DNA of 64,000 bases from Pseudovirgaria hyperparasitica (GCA_010093815.1 ML996565.1), one strand, 5' to 3'; shown: positions 12,582 to 26,734, numbered from the stretch's first letter. Notes: generated from the sequence alone by a model not told the origin. A program made the numbers and translations.

Positions 12582-13966
12582 ATGGCTCCTTCAGCACTCT
12601 CGGATACGAATCCAATCAGTGCTACGCACTATAACACCAAAAGCCAAATATTAGCTTCTGTGTTGCATGGGCCAAGAGATTTGCGGCTCGTATGCCAATC
12701 CGGTTTCTATTCATGTCTCACCAACGTGGGGGCGTTGGGTGGTCCGCGTGGGATTAAGTCAAAACATCGCTGACTTGGAGCCTTAGGAAGTCAGATCTAT
12801 ATCAGACCCTGCACCTCACGAGCTCCAGATTGCCATTCGAGCCACTGGTGTCTGTGGGAGCGACTGCGCTTACTATCAAACGTTCCGGAATGGTAACTTG
12901 CAGGCAGTAGCCCCCCTTGCCCTTGGTCACGAGTCGGCAGGACTAGTGGTAAGCATTGGTGACGCTGTAACGGGCTTCCGAATCGGAGATCGCGTGGCGC
13001 TCGAGGTTGGCGTACCTTGCGACAGCTGCAGATCCTGTCGAAAGGGCCGCTATAATTTGTGTCCGAAGATGCGATTTCGAAGCAGTGCAAAATCTTTTCC
13101 ACATTTTCAAGGAACCCTCCAGGAACGCATCAACCATCCGGCAAAGTGGTGTCATAAGTTTAGTGGACCTTGAATCATTTAGTGCAGCGCTGACATCAGC
13201 TAGGATTCCAGGAAATGTATCGTGGGATTCGGCAGCGCTCTTAGAGCCGTTATCCGTTGCCATTCACGCGACAAGAAGGGCGTGTATCGAGCAGGGTGAC
13301 TCCGTGATCGTCTTCGGTGCAGGCACTGTGGGCCTTCTGACCGCTGCGATGGCAAAATTATCGGGTGCGACGACGGTGACAGTCGCCGACATAGATAGAG
13401 GACGTGTCGACTATGCTATCGAACATGGCTTCGCGACCCGGGGACTTGTTGTGTATGTCGATACGCCGCGATCTCGGGAGGAAGACCAGTTTGCCGCGGC
13501 CAAAGATCTGGCGAACAAGGTCATGGAGGTAACTTGCGCTGGTGAAGTCGATTCTGAAGGTGCCGATGTAACATTTGATTGTACAGGCAAGGAGATCTGT
13601 ATGCAAGCAGGTTTATACGTAGGTCTCTTCAAGCAACGTTAAGAGACGAAGGTGTTTACATGGTCCTTCTAGGCAACTCGACCAGGTGGCCAGCTCATCA
13701 TGGTTGGAATGGGAACCCCTGTACAGACCTTGCCCATATCAGCTTCTCTTCTGAAAGAAATTGATATCATAGGCATCTTTCGATATGCAAACACATATCC
13801 GACAGGTATCAAGATCTTGGCCTCCGGGAGACTACCAAGTATGGACAAGATGGTAACACATCGAATAAAAGGTCTCAGGGCAGCCAAGGATGCATTTGAT
13901 TTGGCGTGCAGGACAAAAGACAAGGATGGTAAACTCATTCTCAAAGTGATAGTAGAGACTTCATGA
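12582..13966 (+). CDS. Zn-dependent polyol dehydrogenase (sorbitol/xylitol dehydrogenase-like, MDR family); 3 introns
   Basis: VLHGPRDLRL, TGVCGSD, LGHESAG, structural Zn CxxCxxCx7C, LLEPLSVAIHA, GAGTVG, GIFRYANTYP. Confidence 0.9.
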
Positions 13967-14402
13967 GTCGATCGGAATCAGAAAGTTTCCGTGGCCTGTC
14001 TACCAGTCCATTAGACGAGTGTTGGGTGGAGGCACTAAATTGAACCTCTATAGATTCGCCCCATCGAACAGTGAGTGTCCGTAGGTCCAAAAAAGCTGGC
14101 GGTCAAGACGCGAAGTGAGGATGCCATAGTGCCCATGCAGTGAAAACATGATTGAAAGGCTCAAGAAGTGGAGAAACGTTAAATGTTGCACGCGAGCGAC
14201 CCGTACGATGTTTTAGTACTAGCGTCTCCGCGAAAACACGTGAAGTCGCCCTTCGATACGTCGTAGTTATGCGTAAGTGGTAACCAAAGTCAGAGCTTCA
14301 GAGCTCAAACAAACCCACTCACAGTACGAATACCTCGATCCCTAGTATATGCCGTCTCGTATCGCCCCTGTCTAGCTTCGTAACTCACCGTACCTTACCA
14401 AT

Positions 14403-15738
14403 ATGGCTGAAACAGAAGTAAATCCTCTTCTATCGACTGCGCGGGCAACCGACACCAGTCCCACCGTACAGTTACATCCTCTCGTCCTCCTCAATATATC
14501 CGATTATTTGACGCGGCATACTCTTCGAAAACTCAACGTGCCTATTATCGGAGCTATTTTAGGTCAGCAAAATGGTCGGGAGGTCACTATGGAAGTGGCA
14601 TTCGAGTGTAAGGTGCTTGATCAAGGGGACCAGTGGATAGTCGATGACGACTGGTTTCGAACACGACTAGAGCAGTGTGAGCAAGGGCATAACCATGTGA
14701 ACGCAATGGAGGCTAATGCATATAGACAAGGACGTGTATAAAGTACCCGCCCTAGACTTCGTTGGATGGTACAGCATTGGACAGACAACCGGCCCCGAGA
14801 CTCATCACCTTCTAATCCAGGAATACTTCCAGACACACAACGAATCCGCAATATTCCTACTCTTTCAACCCAATGTAGTGGCCAATATGGCTAGCGGGAA
14901 GCTCCCCCTCGCCCTTTTTGAGCCAGTCACAGAAGGAGTTGGCCCCGCGGACGTATCTTCCATGGAATTGGACGGCCCTCTGACCAAGTCTCTAAAGCTA
15001 CGTGAGCTGAATTACACGGTAGAAACTGGTGAAGCAGAGATGATCAGCGTTGACTTTGTGGCGAGAGGAGGTGGTAATGCGACTGCTATAGATGGCACCA
15101 AGCCACAACAAGTAGAGAAGAGCCCAAACGAAGCCGATAGCTCCACCAAGGGCAAGGGTAGAGCGAAGACAGACGAAACACCAACATCATACACCACTGA
15201 AGAGTATAATCTATCCGCCGAAGATGAAGAGCTGTCATCCTCAATAATCGCAAAGAGCAATGCTATTCGCATGTTACACAAGCGCATCAACCTCATACAA
15301 AAGATCCTCGCCAAAACACCCACATCATATCTTACCGACTCAACACAACCTATAATCGCAAATGCCCCTTCGCAAACGCAGGACCAGATCATACTCCGTT
15401 CAATATCAGCACTATTGGCTCGCCTGCTCATCCTCGCTCCACCAGACACCGCCACGTTCCAACAAGAGTCCGCTGAGGCTAAATCAGATGTAGCGCTCAC
15501 AGGGCTGTTATCAAGCATGCTAGCATCGGTTCAAGCAGCTAAGGAAATGGGTCGCAAATACGGCGTGGTCGAGGGTGTAAAACAAACAGCGCAAGCACGA
15601 AAAGGTGGCCTAGCGGGTCAGAGCACATTCATGGACACCATGCTATCTGAAGGAGGTTCCGGGTCAGGCGATCTCTACGGTGGTAGTGGAGGGGGTAGGC
15701 GAGGCAAAAATACCTTTGGGGAGGGGGGTTATGTCTGA
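14403..15738 (+). CDS. CSN6: COP9 signalosome subunit 6 (MPN- domain); 1 intron
   Basis: VQLHPLVLLNISDYLTRH, IIGAILGQQNGREVTME, LDFVGWY, ETGEAEMISVDFVARGG, NAIRMLHKRI. Confidence 0.9.
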
Positions 15739-16086
15739 GCGGGCTAACCAAGATTTTCGTATTTCTTCCACGACAGATCATATTCTGGACAGCGACTTGA
15801 TACATGGCCCGCCGTCTCGCTCGACCGGAACTTCTATCCCTCTATGGTAAAATTATGACTTGCATTAGCGTAGCATGATAGGGAAACGGCATATTATAAA
15901 CAACCGAAGGACACGAAACGATTGATGTAAATTGTTCGAATATTTCCCGAAAGAACGAGATATCCAACTCCATGCAGCTGGCACTAACACATGAGTTTTA
16001 GGAGTGTCCACTCGTGATACACAACGTACTTTCTTCAGGTAAAGCCCTGCGTGCCTTTCCCTCTTCTGAAGCGGCCATTGAAAACG

Positions 16087-17253
16087 CTAGCACAGCCTCA
16101 TGCTATAAAACAGTTGCCATCCATTCGCATTTTCCACTACCCGGTCTGCTCCGACATCTTCCTCTGTTTCTATTTCAGCAGGCCACTCATCTGTGCCATC
16201 CTCACCACACAGCCAAGCGCTTTCATCCACGCCATTCATAACCGGCGAATCTTCTGCGGTCCCGAGGACAGCACATGGAATACGTGTGGTACCATTGATG
16301 TTGTGACCGTCTTGAATAGGCCAGTAAAGACTCCCTGCATCAGTATTGAACATTGTTCGTGCGGTGAGGAAGTCTCGTGAGCTCTCTGTCGCGGTGCTCG
16401 CTTCCCATACATCATCCATTTCCTGGCCAGGTATTATTGTCCCAGTGTCGTCGACAGGTGGATTCCAATCCGGCACCTCAGCACCTTCAACGTTACCCTC
16501 CCCGAGGTATTGATCACTCAGTCTCCTCTCTTCCCCGACCTGATTCTCTTCCTCTACACTCTCTGCATCAATGTGACTAAGCACATCCCACCCCGTACTC
16601 CCCCAGCCCCTGTCTCCCTTGACAACAACATCTTCCACCCGAACTTCGCGCCTCAACCCACTCCTTCCCACCTTGACCTTCCACCTCTCATGCGCAAACC
16701 TTCCTTCACGCCGCTCCGTCGGCCACATCCGCCGCACACGCCACTCCGCTTTCTCCCTTGCGTCCACAGCTCTGTCTAACTCCATCTTAAACATACTCAT
16801 CGCCTTCCGTTCGGACTGGCTCTCAAGCTCAGTTCTAGGTGCACATTTTCCCGCCGCCCGTGTGCTTGTTGACCGCTTATATTGCGCCCAGGCAGACGTG
16901 TATGCGTCTCGTGCGGCAGCTTCAGCGCGTCGGGGCGCGACGAGAGCTAGGTTTGCGTGGCAGGTAGGGCATGGTGTCGAAAGTTGCAGGATCAGGGGTT
17001 CTACATCGTCGTAGCCACAGCAGGGTGCGTTTCGGGGGTATGTTCCTGATGTGAAAGGGTGTGAGACAGAGGCGTCCATTTCCGTGGTTGTCTCCAAGGC
17101 AGATGATCCTACCAGGTTGGCGGAAGTGTCTGACTTGAAAGTGTATCGCAGCCCGGTGGAGCCGTATGGACGCCAGGAAAGGCATTTCGAAAGACGGATG
17201 CGGTCAGTGCGGTTACAAGGGCAAGCATAATGATATGCTATGGCGCGACACAT
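16087..17253 (-). CDS. Hypothetical protein with Cys-containing N-terminus and acidic C-terminus
   Basis: 388-codon ATG-initiated ORF; MC..YHYACPC and PCPTC motifs; no family recognised. Confidence 0.6.
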   Translation of the reverse strand: MCRAIAYHYACPCNRTDRIRLSKCLSWRPYGSTGLRYTFKSDTSANLVGSSALETTTEMDASVSHPFTSGTYPRNAPCCGYDDVEPLILQLSTPCPTCHANLALVAPRRAEAAARDAYTSAWAQYKRSTSTRAAGKCAPRTELESQSERKAMSMFKMELDRAVDAREKAEWRVRRMWPTERREGRFAHERWKVKVGRSGLRREVRVEDVVVKGDRGWGSTGWDVLSHIDAESVEEENQVGEERRLSDQYLGEGNVEGAEVPDWNPPVDDTGTIIPGQEMDDVWEASTATESSRDFLTARTMFNTDAGSLYWPIQDGHNINGTTRIPCAVLGTAEDSPVMNGVDESAWLCGEDGTDEWPAEIETEEDVGADRVVENANGWQLFYSMRLC

Positions 17254-17925
17254 TACGGTGAAAGTAGCATTCGATGAATAACTGGTCTAGATATCAGCCT
17301 TATGATAAGGATGGAAGCATGGACAAGACTGATAATAACCACAAGAACCTTGTCAGGAGACGATGTAAAATCTAAGAATTTTTGTATTAGCTGGATTGAA
17401 TGTGAGATGCCCAGAGTTGCCATATTAAATGATCTCATGACATGCCCACGGAATGGCTGCTATGCGTACCTGATATTATATTTCGAAACCATTGATCAAA
17501 AAAGATCCATAAACAATTGCTTCGAAAGGATGCAATGAGTCAAGTTCAGCTAGTGGAAGAAGCCTAGTGTTCGACATCGTTCACTTGTGTTGGTGCAACA
17601 CAGTCTTATGTACACACATGTACTGCTAACACACATATAAGGGCATAAGGTGATCCTGCCGAGTGAATGGAGAAATTTCCTGCTGTGTCAGAGGACAGGA
17701 CCGTGTAGTTTTGGCGAATCTAAATAAATTTCGCCACTGTAGTACGACTGAGCACTATGTCATAAGTATGATGGAGTCCTTCATTCCTCTGTTCATCTGG
17801 AACACCGCATGTCCTGGGTTACTTCGCATTTTTCGTAAAAATAGACACATGATACGCCACAGGGTATCTCAACTATGCACTGGACTAGAACAAAGAAATT
17901 ACACAGGCTAGTGGCATGAGTCCCT

Positions 17926-19893
17926 CTAATACCTTATAACCGGCGCATCGGCAGCCTCGTCATGAAGAACAAAATTATTACCAACGCCTTGTTGGCAGTG
18001 ATCTTCACGACCATTCACAGCCCAATTCTTTATTGTACTTTTCTTCCTCGTCAGAAGCCCACCAAAGACTCTTCTGAGGCCCTTGGTTTGTTTTGGGCTA
18101 TAGTTCGAACACTCTAGTGTATGGTCTATAGGGGCAGTGTTGTGCCGTCGGGGAGCTTCGCAACTGATCTTTCGACTAAAGTTCGGCATGTCGCCGCGAT
18201 TCTGATCAAGGCTATATTTTGCACTTGTGGTGGTCCTTAGTACTTCTGTTGGAGAAGCGCGTTCTTGAGCCTGACGCTGCGGCTTTATCCATTCCTGACC
18301 GATTTCAGTCCTTTCCATCGCAGATAACAGAGCATCAAAATCGAAACCCTTTGATGCTTGGGTTTTTACTGGATGTGCATTCTCTTTATCTGTAACGATA
18401 GCGTGTGCTTGCTTTAGATCAGCACCTGTCAAAGACCTGCGAGGTAACATATTTCTCGTCGCGTCGTCAGACAGTGTTCCATTTCTGGGGTGATTCAAAG
18501 CTGTCGTTGGTTTGAGGTGCAACAATTCATTCCTTGTTTTGGGCAATCGTATCTGTTCAGGCTTCGACATTGACCTCTCTGTCATTGGAGGAGCGCTCGA
18601 CTTGACCATCAACTGTGAGATGTGCGCTTTCGGATTGTTCCTGGTTGTCTCGTCCAGCGAGTTGTCTCCTTTCCATTGATCTAAGCCGGGTAGAGGTGGT
18701 AACTCCCGATTCAAGTCCGGGACAGGTTTCTCTAATCGGTCATCCTGTGAGTGCCCAGGCTGTATGCTCAAAGACGTATTGCTTTCCTTCCTTCGCAGAC
18801 TCCACGACCGCCAGATGCTCGTGCTCCCACGTCTTTTGCCTGAAACATCGTCCCGCATAGAGTCTTGAGAACTTGACCGACTTATGTTGCCTCTGTTAGC
18901 TGAGCCTGGGCGAAAGTAATCGCGAATTTCTCCTGTGATGCTTCTGGTACGGCTCAATTCACGGCTTGACCCTCGGACCCGTTCATTGCAAGGTCGTGCT
19001 GCAGCTACCCCATGGCTGGTCTCTTTCGCTTCATCACGACCGTGGGCCCTATTTGTCACTTTCTTGGAACGTATGTCATTTTGTTCAAGTCTGGACTTGG
19101 TTGTACAATCCTGTATCGGCTCGCGATTTGGACTAGCAAGAGATGTCATAGCGGTTGAGCCAGAATTGTAAACGACATCAGTTGACGTAGTGAGAGGAGT
19201 CGAGTAGCTGTCATCTGAGTCAACAAGAGTCCAATTTGCATGCATCTTGTGTCGGTTCTCGCTGCCGCGCTTGCGATTATAGTCTCCTTCATCTTGGCGC
19301 TGGTTATGAGGTTTGTCGGCACAGGCGATTTTGTGAGGAGAAGGTGAGTCTCTTCGATAACCGACATTGGCAGGAAAAGGAACTAGAGAAGCTGAGGGTA
19401 CATGTACGTCCATGGATTGCTTGCCAGGTCTTGGGACATTTCTCTTTTGTGACGAATCATCTCTTCGGCGATTGGGGTGAGGATGGGATGGTCTGGAAGA
19501 ATTGTGTGGACGAGGATGCTTGTCACTCATGTAGCGATGGATCAGCTCAAAATCGGGTTTGGCAGAGTCGCCGTCGCCCTTGTTATATTTGGCGAAAGCC
19601 TGGCAGGCGCGTCGTAGCTCGGCCTCGGTGGAAGGGGAGAGAGGGCGGCGATTGATCATAGAACCGGAAGAGTGCATGATGGTATCCCTCGACGATATGA
19701 AGGATATGGCCAATGACTTCAAATCTGCAGCGCTTGGGACATGCTGCAGATGTCAGCGGAGTAAAGGTGGTGGAGAAAGAGGATCGGAGCAAAAGATGCG
19801 CGAGGACAGAATAACAGAAAGTCAAGGTCCCATACTGGAATCAAGAAGTGAGCTTACGATAGGAGACCGATTGAAAGAGAAGCTCCTTGTCAT
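17926..19893 (-). CDS. Hypothetical low-complexity fungal protein; short first exon MTRSFSFNRSPI, intron 19744-19857
   Basis: ~600-codon open frame; GTAAGC donor, GCTGAC branch and CAG acceptor join in frame; DLNRELPPLPGLDQW motif. Confidence 0.7.
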
Positions 19894-21908
19894 GACTCCT
19901 CCTAGAGAATCAACCGGGCACAGGCGAACCTAAAAGGCGGTCGATAGGCAGAGGTATGAGAGAGACGGTGTCGCGAAGCGCGAGTAGTGGCGGAAGGATA
20001 AAACTAGTTTTGGTGGAGCTGGAGCCAGTGCCCGTAGAGCACAGCAAGTTGCGAAGATGTGCAAGGCAGCTCCTGCTTGTGCTCCCAGAGTGAAGTGAAG
20101 AATTCCGATTTGACTATGGATACAGATACTTCTGACTCTAGACGAAGACGATAGTGGTAAAGGAGGAAGAGTAGGGTGGAGAGCAGGTAATAACCTAAGG
20201 ATAACCCGAAGGGCTGTCGAACTAGACAGACTCCTTCCTTCCTCCCAGAGTTGCGCAGGGCTAAAGGCTAATAATTAGTACCTAAGTACGGTACCATCAA
20301 GCAACACTACCACACCAGTACTCACCAGGTATCTACATACATAGTACATACCTCATACATAGGGATGCATGGACCGCCTGCATGGACCATGGCTAGGTAG
20401 GTGAATGGCAACCAGTCGGGCCAGCTCCAGCGCCCAGCTCTAGCTTCCCCGGGCAGTTTCGAACCGTGGAAGGGCCCTAGACCCTGCTATTCATGCAGCT
20501 GAAGTTGGACGAGGCCCTCGTTTGGCTGGTTGGTTGTGGAGAGCAACAGTGGACTAATTACCATACAGGAGTAAGGTATTCATTCTCAGGGCCTCGCCTC
20601 ATCATGTTTCAGCTTGATGTGACGCTAACATCTCGTGGATTTATAAGTGTATTGTCCGTATAAACTTACTCTGACCATCACCACCAGTATTGATTGCTAG
20701 TAACCCGCCATACTACAAACAAGTACGAGTATTTGCAGTGGTAGAAGAACACTAAGTCCTTGAAACAGATCTACTACTACCTGATGATATACTTCCAGCA
20801 TATCTAGGTCAATTAGGTAGTAACTAATTACTATGGCGCGGCTAGGTCCAGGGCGCATAAATTCTTAGATCCGAGACTCTGCCGAACTCAGGCCACCTTA
20901 TTACGGTATTTCCTACCACGGACGGTCTGAGATCGGTGACACTGAGGTCATTCATTCTTTTGACACTAAACACTTGGCGAGAGTCAAGGCTACGTAACCA
21001 CAAACCCTCTATGCTATGCGTACCATTCGCAGAATAATAGCACATCTCTCGCAACTCAATTCAGATTTGACTATTCCCCACGGTCTACGTTCACATAATT
21101 TTCCAACCCCGGTCCGTCAACCCCCAGTTTACCCCAAAATGACTTGGGTGTCGGACTTTCTTATGGCAGGAATTACATGCTGAGGTTTGGATATACCTTT
21201 TAGCCCGCGCTCTCTAGTATACGGATAACATTAGTTCAAGGAAGAAGGTATGCATGTCGATTACAATGAGAGCGCCTTAGATGGTGCAGGGGTGACTCTG
21301 TGTGTGGACTATTCAAGTAGGAGAGGAAGGGATGATAGATTTGAAAATGGTATATCGAAGGCGTCTGTGCTGTTCCATTTCCAGTTATTGGAAGACCTGC
21401 TAATTAGTGCACGCACGACGCAGGGCGGGTATGTGGGAGAAGTTCGCTGTGAGGTCCTGGTTTAGGGCCATCTGGGGACCCTTGAGGGCCTGAGTCTATG
21501 GCTATAATAATATGGCACGCATGTTCCAATGGACCCCAGAATGTTTGAGTGGCTGGGTCCATATATGCAATCCTGTGGGCAACCTGCACCTAGCTTCCCA
21601 ACTTCACAAGAAGCCTCCTTATACTCACATAACAGAGTGATATTAGGGTATCTTGGTACAAAACTAAGTTCCCCGGAATGACTTTGTGAAGCTCTTGTGG
21701 CTTATTTTTTATACTGAGCCGAAAGTTAATCATAGGACAGAGGTTCAATGGATGGAAGTATGAGCATACGACTGACCAAAACCCTACGAGGGCTGGTGTT
21801 TTGTCTAGTACAGTTGCTAATATACCAGCACAGCAAGACCACCTCAAGTACCTCTAGGTCAAGCCAGACGAATTCCTCGGGCATTAATAGCAACCTCATA
21901 CTAAGCCA

Positions 21909-22607
21909 TCACAGTTCCATGCTTTCATGTCGTGGCTTTTCCTGCCTAGAGCCCTTTTTTGGCTTGCATGGAAACTCTGCATCGCTATACTTGTTATGAT
22001 CAAGTCGACACATCGCGATGACCGTCTTCTGAACAGTATCATCGGGCTCCATATTTCCAATGAATCCCAACCACCCAAGGCCAATTTGAGCGTATGCTGC
22101 TGAACAAAGCCGTCGATCGCTAGCTTTGTGATAATACAGCATGTCTTCGCTTTGCACATTCTTGAGAAACATTGCGCGAACCAACGCTGTCTCTGGTAGA
22201 CTTTGCGTGCGCATTCCGGTAATATTACGATGGATCTTGACATGCTCTTTCGAATATGCTATCATCGCCCAAGGCTTGACTGAGTCTTTGTGGAGGAGTT
22301 GCAGGAGTGAGTTGAGGTCTGGCCACTCCACATCGCAGGCGAAGCGTCCCATGAAAATGGCTGTCCCACCCGAATGAACCCATTTCACGAGTTCACAGCT
22401 GAAGTCCGTGTGCCTACGTTGTGTAATGACTGGATCCGTGACAAGGATGATGTTGGGCCAGCCGGATGACAGGAAGGCTGCTGCATCTGCAATATTGAGG
22501 GATTCGTGGACTGTAGCTCGACTAAGAAGTGTCGTGAGGAGTGATTTGTATCTGTCGTCGTTGAACAATGTCTTGCTATACAAGCTGATGATGAGGACCT
22601 GAGGCAT
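21909..22607 (-). CDS. Hypothetical fungal protein (possibly class I glutamine amidotransferase-like fold)
   Basis: 232-aa intronless ORF with alternating alpha/beta pattern, ILVTDP, WVHSGGTAIFMGRF, GLGWLGFIGN. Confidence 0.65.
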   Translation of the reverse strand: MPQVLIISLYSKTLFNDDRYKSLLTTLLSRATVHESLNIADAAAFLSSGWPNIILVTDPVITQRRHTDFSCELVKWVHSGGTAIFMGRFACDVEWPDLNSLLQLLHKDSVKPWAMIAYSKEHVKIHRNITGMRTQSLPETALVRAMFLKNVQSEDMLYYHKASDRRLCSAAYAQIGLGWLGFIGNMEPDDTVQKTVIAMCRLDHNKYSDAEFPCKPKKGSRQEKPRHESMEL

Positions 22608-23002
22608 GAGAACTCTGAAGAGGAATCAGAGACGTAAGGATATAGGATCTTAAGACCGTGGGAGAAGGTATGACATTCAAACAATGAGCTGGTCGTAAGG
22701 CTTCGAAGTTATGTATAGACGTACTTCTATTGATCATGTCTTTCGTCGAATGCAATACACGTCAATTCGAGAGCATAATGATTCCGCGAGTCACATAAGC
22801 TTTTGCATCACGGAGTTCTGACTCGCGCCTGCCTAGAACGTTCAACGCAGACTTGGACGTACGCACGGACGCTCTTCACGTCATCTAGCATCTAGACAGA
22901 GTATATTTACGAGTAACGATTCAGACACTCAACTCGATGTCAAGTACTGCACTTAACATCGCATCACTCACCCAGTAATTGCTTGACGAATCTTGATATA
23001 AT

Positions 23003-25047
23003 ATGGCCGAATTTCCAGACCACCCGCTCTTGCAACGCCCACTATACAGTAAGTAGTATATAGTATTAGTCATATTCTGTTCACTTCTGACATGATCGCA
23101 GTTTTCAACCTTCCGGAAGAGATTCTTACGACGCTCACGCTCCAAGGCCAAAACGAACCCGAAAAAGCACTGTTCGAACATGAAAAGATACCACCGATAC
23201 CAGAAGAAGCGTCGCGCGCTCGTGACGACAATCGCGAGAAACCAACTCCGAATCTCTCATGCGCCCTTTGTAGCTTCACCTTCTCTGACCTTCGAGAACA
23301 GCGTTCACACGTGCGTTCCGATCTACACGGATATAATATGAAGCAGAAATTCAAAGGCTGTAGACCGGTCTCGGAAGAAGATTTCGAAAAGCTAGTAGGT
23401 GACTTAGATGAGAGTATTTCGGGCTCGGATTCGTCTGACCCAGAAGATGAAGATGGAGATAGCGGTACTAAATCGCAAGGCACGATCCTGAGTGCATTAT
23501 TGAAGAAACAAGCCAAGCTTACGACTCCCGATGAATCTGCCATTGTGACACCCAGGCCTAGGCCCAGTGCAGGCAATGGTCCAATGCTATGGTTTTCTAG
23601 TATGAATATACCAGAGAACACATTACTTGGTGTCTATCGTGCAGTACTTCCCTTAGAAGGTCAAGATACAGCCACTCACTATGCCGAAACGATAAAAGCA
23701 AAACAACTAGCGCCTGTGCCGATGAAGGAAGCCAGACAGGATGCAGGTGCCGTCAAAGGAACACCTAAAAACCCACATTACTTCCTGTGCATGATTGGTG
23801 GTGGACACTTTGCTGCGATGATTGTATCCTTGACCCCGAAAGTTGGGAAGCAACATACCGGCGCTGATCAATTAAAAGCCTCTGTTGTAGCCCACAAGAC
23901 TTTTCATAGGTACACCACACGTCGGAAACAAGGAGGGTCGCAATCTGCAAATGATGCGGCCAAGGGCGCTGCCCATTCTGCGGGCTCCTCGTTGCGTCGA
24001 TACAATGAGGCCGCCTTGACGAACGAAGTACGGCAACTTCTAGCAGATTGGAAGGACATGATAAGTGGCGCAGAGCTACTGTTCATCCGGGCCACTGGAA
24101 GTACCAATCGTCGTACGCTTTACGGTCCTTATGAAGGCCAGGTCCTGAGGCACAATGATCCTCGTCTACGAAGTTTTCCATTTAGTACCCGTAGAGCTAC
24201 ACAAAACGAATTGATTCGCTCTTATGTGGAGCTCACCAGAATGAAGATATCAGACGTCTCACAGATTACGCGGGAAAACATTTCATCCTCCCCTACCCTT
24301 GAAAACGACCAGAAAGCAACGTCTAAACCTCCTAAATCTTCACCTACAAAGCCGTCGAAGGAAGAAGAGATCGCAGCAATGCACACGACACAGATCACAT
24401 CTCTTATACGACGGTCGAAGGCGCCGGCGTTATTGTCCTATCTCACATCGAACTCTCTCAGTCCAGACTTCTTCTTCCACCCGGCATCCCAGTACCATCA
24501 CACTCGTACTCCACTGCAATTAGCCGCGTCAATAAACTCTCCTGTAGTCATTTCAGCTCTTCTAACTAAAGCGAGAGCTGATCCCACTATTATGAACGAC
24601 GAAGCAAGGACGCCATTCCAGCTAGCCGGCGACCGCGCAACGCGCGATGCATTCCGCGTGGCGCGCACCGAACTTGGCGAATCTGCATGGGATTGGAATA
24701 TTGCAAATGTACCAGCTGCTCTCTCGAAGGCTGATGCAATCGCGCGGTCTGCTCGTGAAGTCGATGAAACCAAAGCAGCAGAGGCAGAGGAAATGGCTCG
24801 TCGGCAAGCTGCGACAGAGAAATTAAGACAAGTCACTGAGCAAGAGGAAGCGGCGAAGAAGGATAAAAGGCTCGGAAAGGGACGCCTGTTAGCAAGCTTG
24901 GAGAAGACGGCTGTGGAAAAGAGAGAAGCGGAGGCTAGAGGGATGACTGATGATATGAGGAAGAAGCTAGAGAGGGAGCGGAGGGCAAGGGCCGCAGAGG
25001 CGAGGATGAAGAAGTTTGCAGAGGGCACGAGAAGTGGAGCATCATGA
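23003..25047 (+). CDS. VMS1: Vms1/ANKZF1 ribosome quality-control peptidyl-tRNA cleavage factor; 1 intron near 5' end
   Basis: C2H2-like CALC..HVRSDLH, VLRF1 motifs GGGHFAAMI and HKTFHRYTTRRKQGGSQ, ankyrin repeat, VIM-like RERRARAAEAR. Confidence 0.93.
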
Positions 25048-25804
25048 GACGTAAATTATGAATGGACGGGCTATGTACTACATACCATCCGACTTCGATC
25101 TGGGCTATATGTAGAAGCATTCAATGTAGAGGGCAGGCCGCTCTCGAAAGATTTACCTCGCCTGGAACATCTTCCGTTGCAAGACACGGTCCTCTGTGTC
25201 CATATCTAATATGCACTATAAACAGGAGACCTACATTTTCGGACCAGGAGCCATCAATCACCGGTAAAGTTATCCTTCATATTAACACTTAGCACCTTCG
25301 TCGCCGTCACGTCAGTACCCACCTACCCCGAAGGCTCCCCATATATCCCGGATGAGTTCGAAGAATACTTGACATTCAAGGACATATCCAACTGGTCTCC
25401 CATGTTCTCGCCGAAAAATTTAAGCTGTAGAGGCTGCTACTCCATGGGTCGATTGATCAAGAGCGGTTGACTTTGGAGATAGACAATAGGAGATCGTATT
25501 CGACTGTAGATCGTGATCCTAGTGACCCGTATGCGGGCTGTGATAAGGTAGATGATTCAAATGTCCTTTCCGCAGTCGTTCATTAGGGTCGTTGAGCGAC
25601 AAAGTGAAAGAGAATATAAGCTCGAATACGTGGAGATCGGAGCTCTTCAGCCGGAAATCCCTATAAATTATGTATGGAGTCTGTCTTATCCTGAGCTATC
25701 GGCGAGTGCCCTTTGGGCAGAGCTAGAATTGTCGCACAGGGGGTATGGACCATCATATCGACGATCGCAAATGTACAATCCCGCACTGCGCTCCCGTAAG
25801 TCCC

Positions 25805-26734
25805 TCATTCTCGCCATCGTATACCCCAATCACCCTTCGCGAAACTAGGCTCTACAACCTGTCCAAGCATGACAGCCTCGCATTTTCGGAGAGTATCCTC
25901 GGATCTGTCTTTGTCGCTCTGTCCATACTTGCACTCCTTCACTCGCGACGCTTTGTCTTGTATGTCCGCCATACCATGTCCTTGAGCAACAAAGCCGAAG
26001 ACGATACCTCGTCTTGCTGCTCTTCGTACCATCTCACGCTCTTCGGCGCGCCTGTCGCCAACTGCTCTCTTATCTAGTGCTTCCTCCGACTCTACCTGTC
26101 GCTCAGCCCGGCTCTTCTCTCCACCGATGCTGCCATTGACGTCGGATAGTGTCTGTGGTAACCGAATGGACGCGCCGCCTCGGACTGTGTCGGTTACAAC
26201 AGCCGTGGTGCCTGTGATTTCTGATAAACCACTGTCTTCTGTATCAACAGTGTTCGAGTTTTCTTCGCTATCCAGAGCACGTTTTGCTCTATTCTTCTTC
26301 CGGCCATATATCTTCTCTGGGTCAAATCTGCTGCCGAACACGATGGCTTCGATTTCATCCATAGTAACAATGAGCCTCTTGTCTCCTTTGACGCATTTAG
26401 CCTTTGCAGCCGTCAATTCTAGCCCGGAGGCGTCCTTTCCATCTAAGAGATCTACGATGGCTCTCTCAATTCGTTTGTCATTCGGCCCAGGTTTGCGACC
26501 CCTACAGCGCGCTGAGCAGTATTTGACGGTGTTGGCTGATATGGGATTCGATTTCTTGGAGTCTGGCGCGCATAAGCACAAGTGATCGATTTAAGCTCGT
26601 TACCGTCCAAGACACACACTCATTATTCGACCACAGGTCTTGCAATACCGAGCATCTTCACCGATTGTCAGGTAGAACGGCGGCGGTACAGCCGATTGCT
26701 TCTTTGGGCGCGACCATGAGTCCATCCAGCTCAT
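25805..26734 (-). CDS. Conserved hypothetical protein, DUF2256-like Cys motif plus DUF3253-like C-terminus; 1 intron
   Basis: YCKTCGR...KYCSARCR; IERAIVDLL...REMVRRAARR...GQVVEPSFAKGDWGIRW. Confidence 0.7.

Noticed and set aside
21404..21847. Two in-frame minus ORFs separated by one TAG (readthrough or pseudogene)
   Set aside because: No ATG-anchored or recognisable protein features
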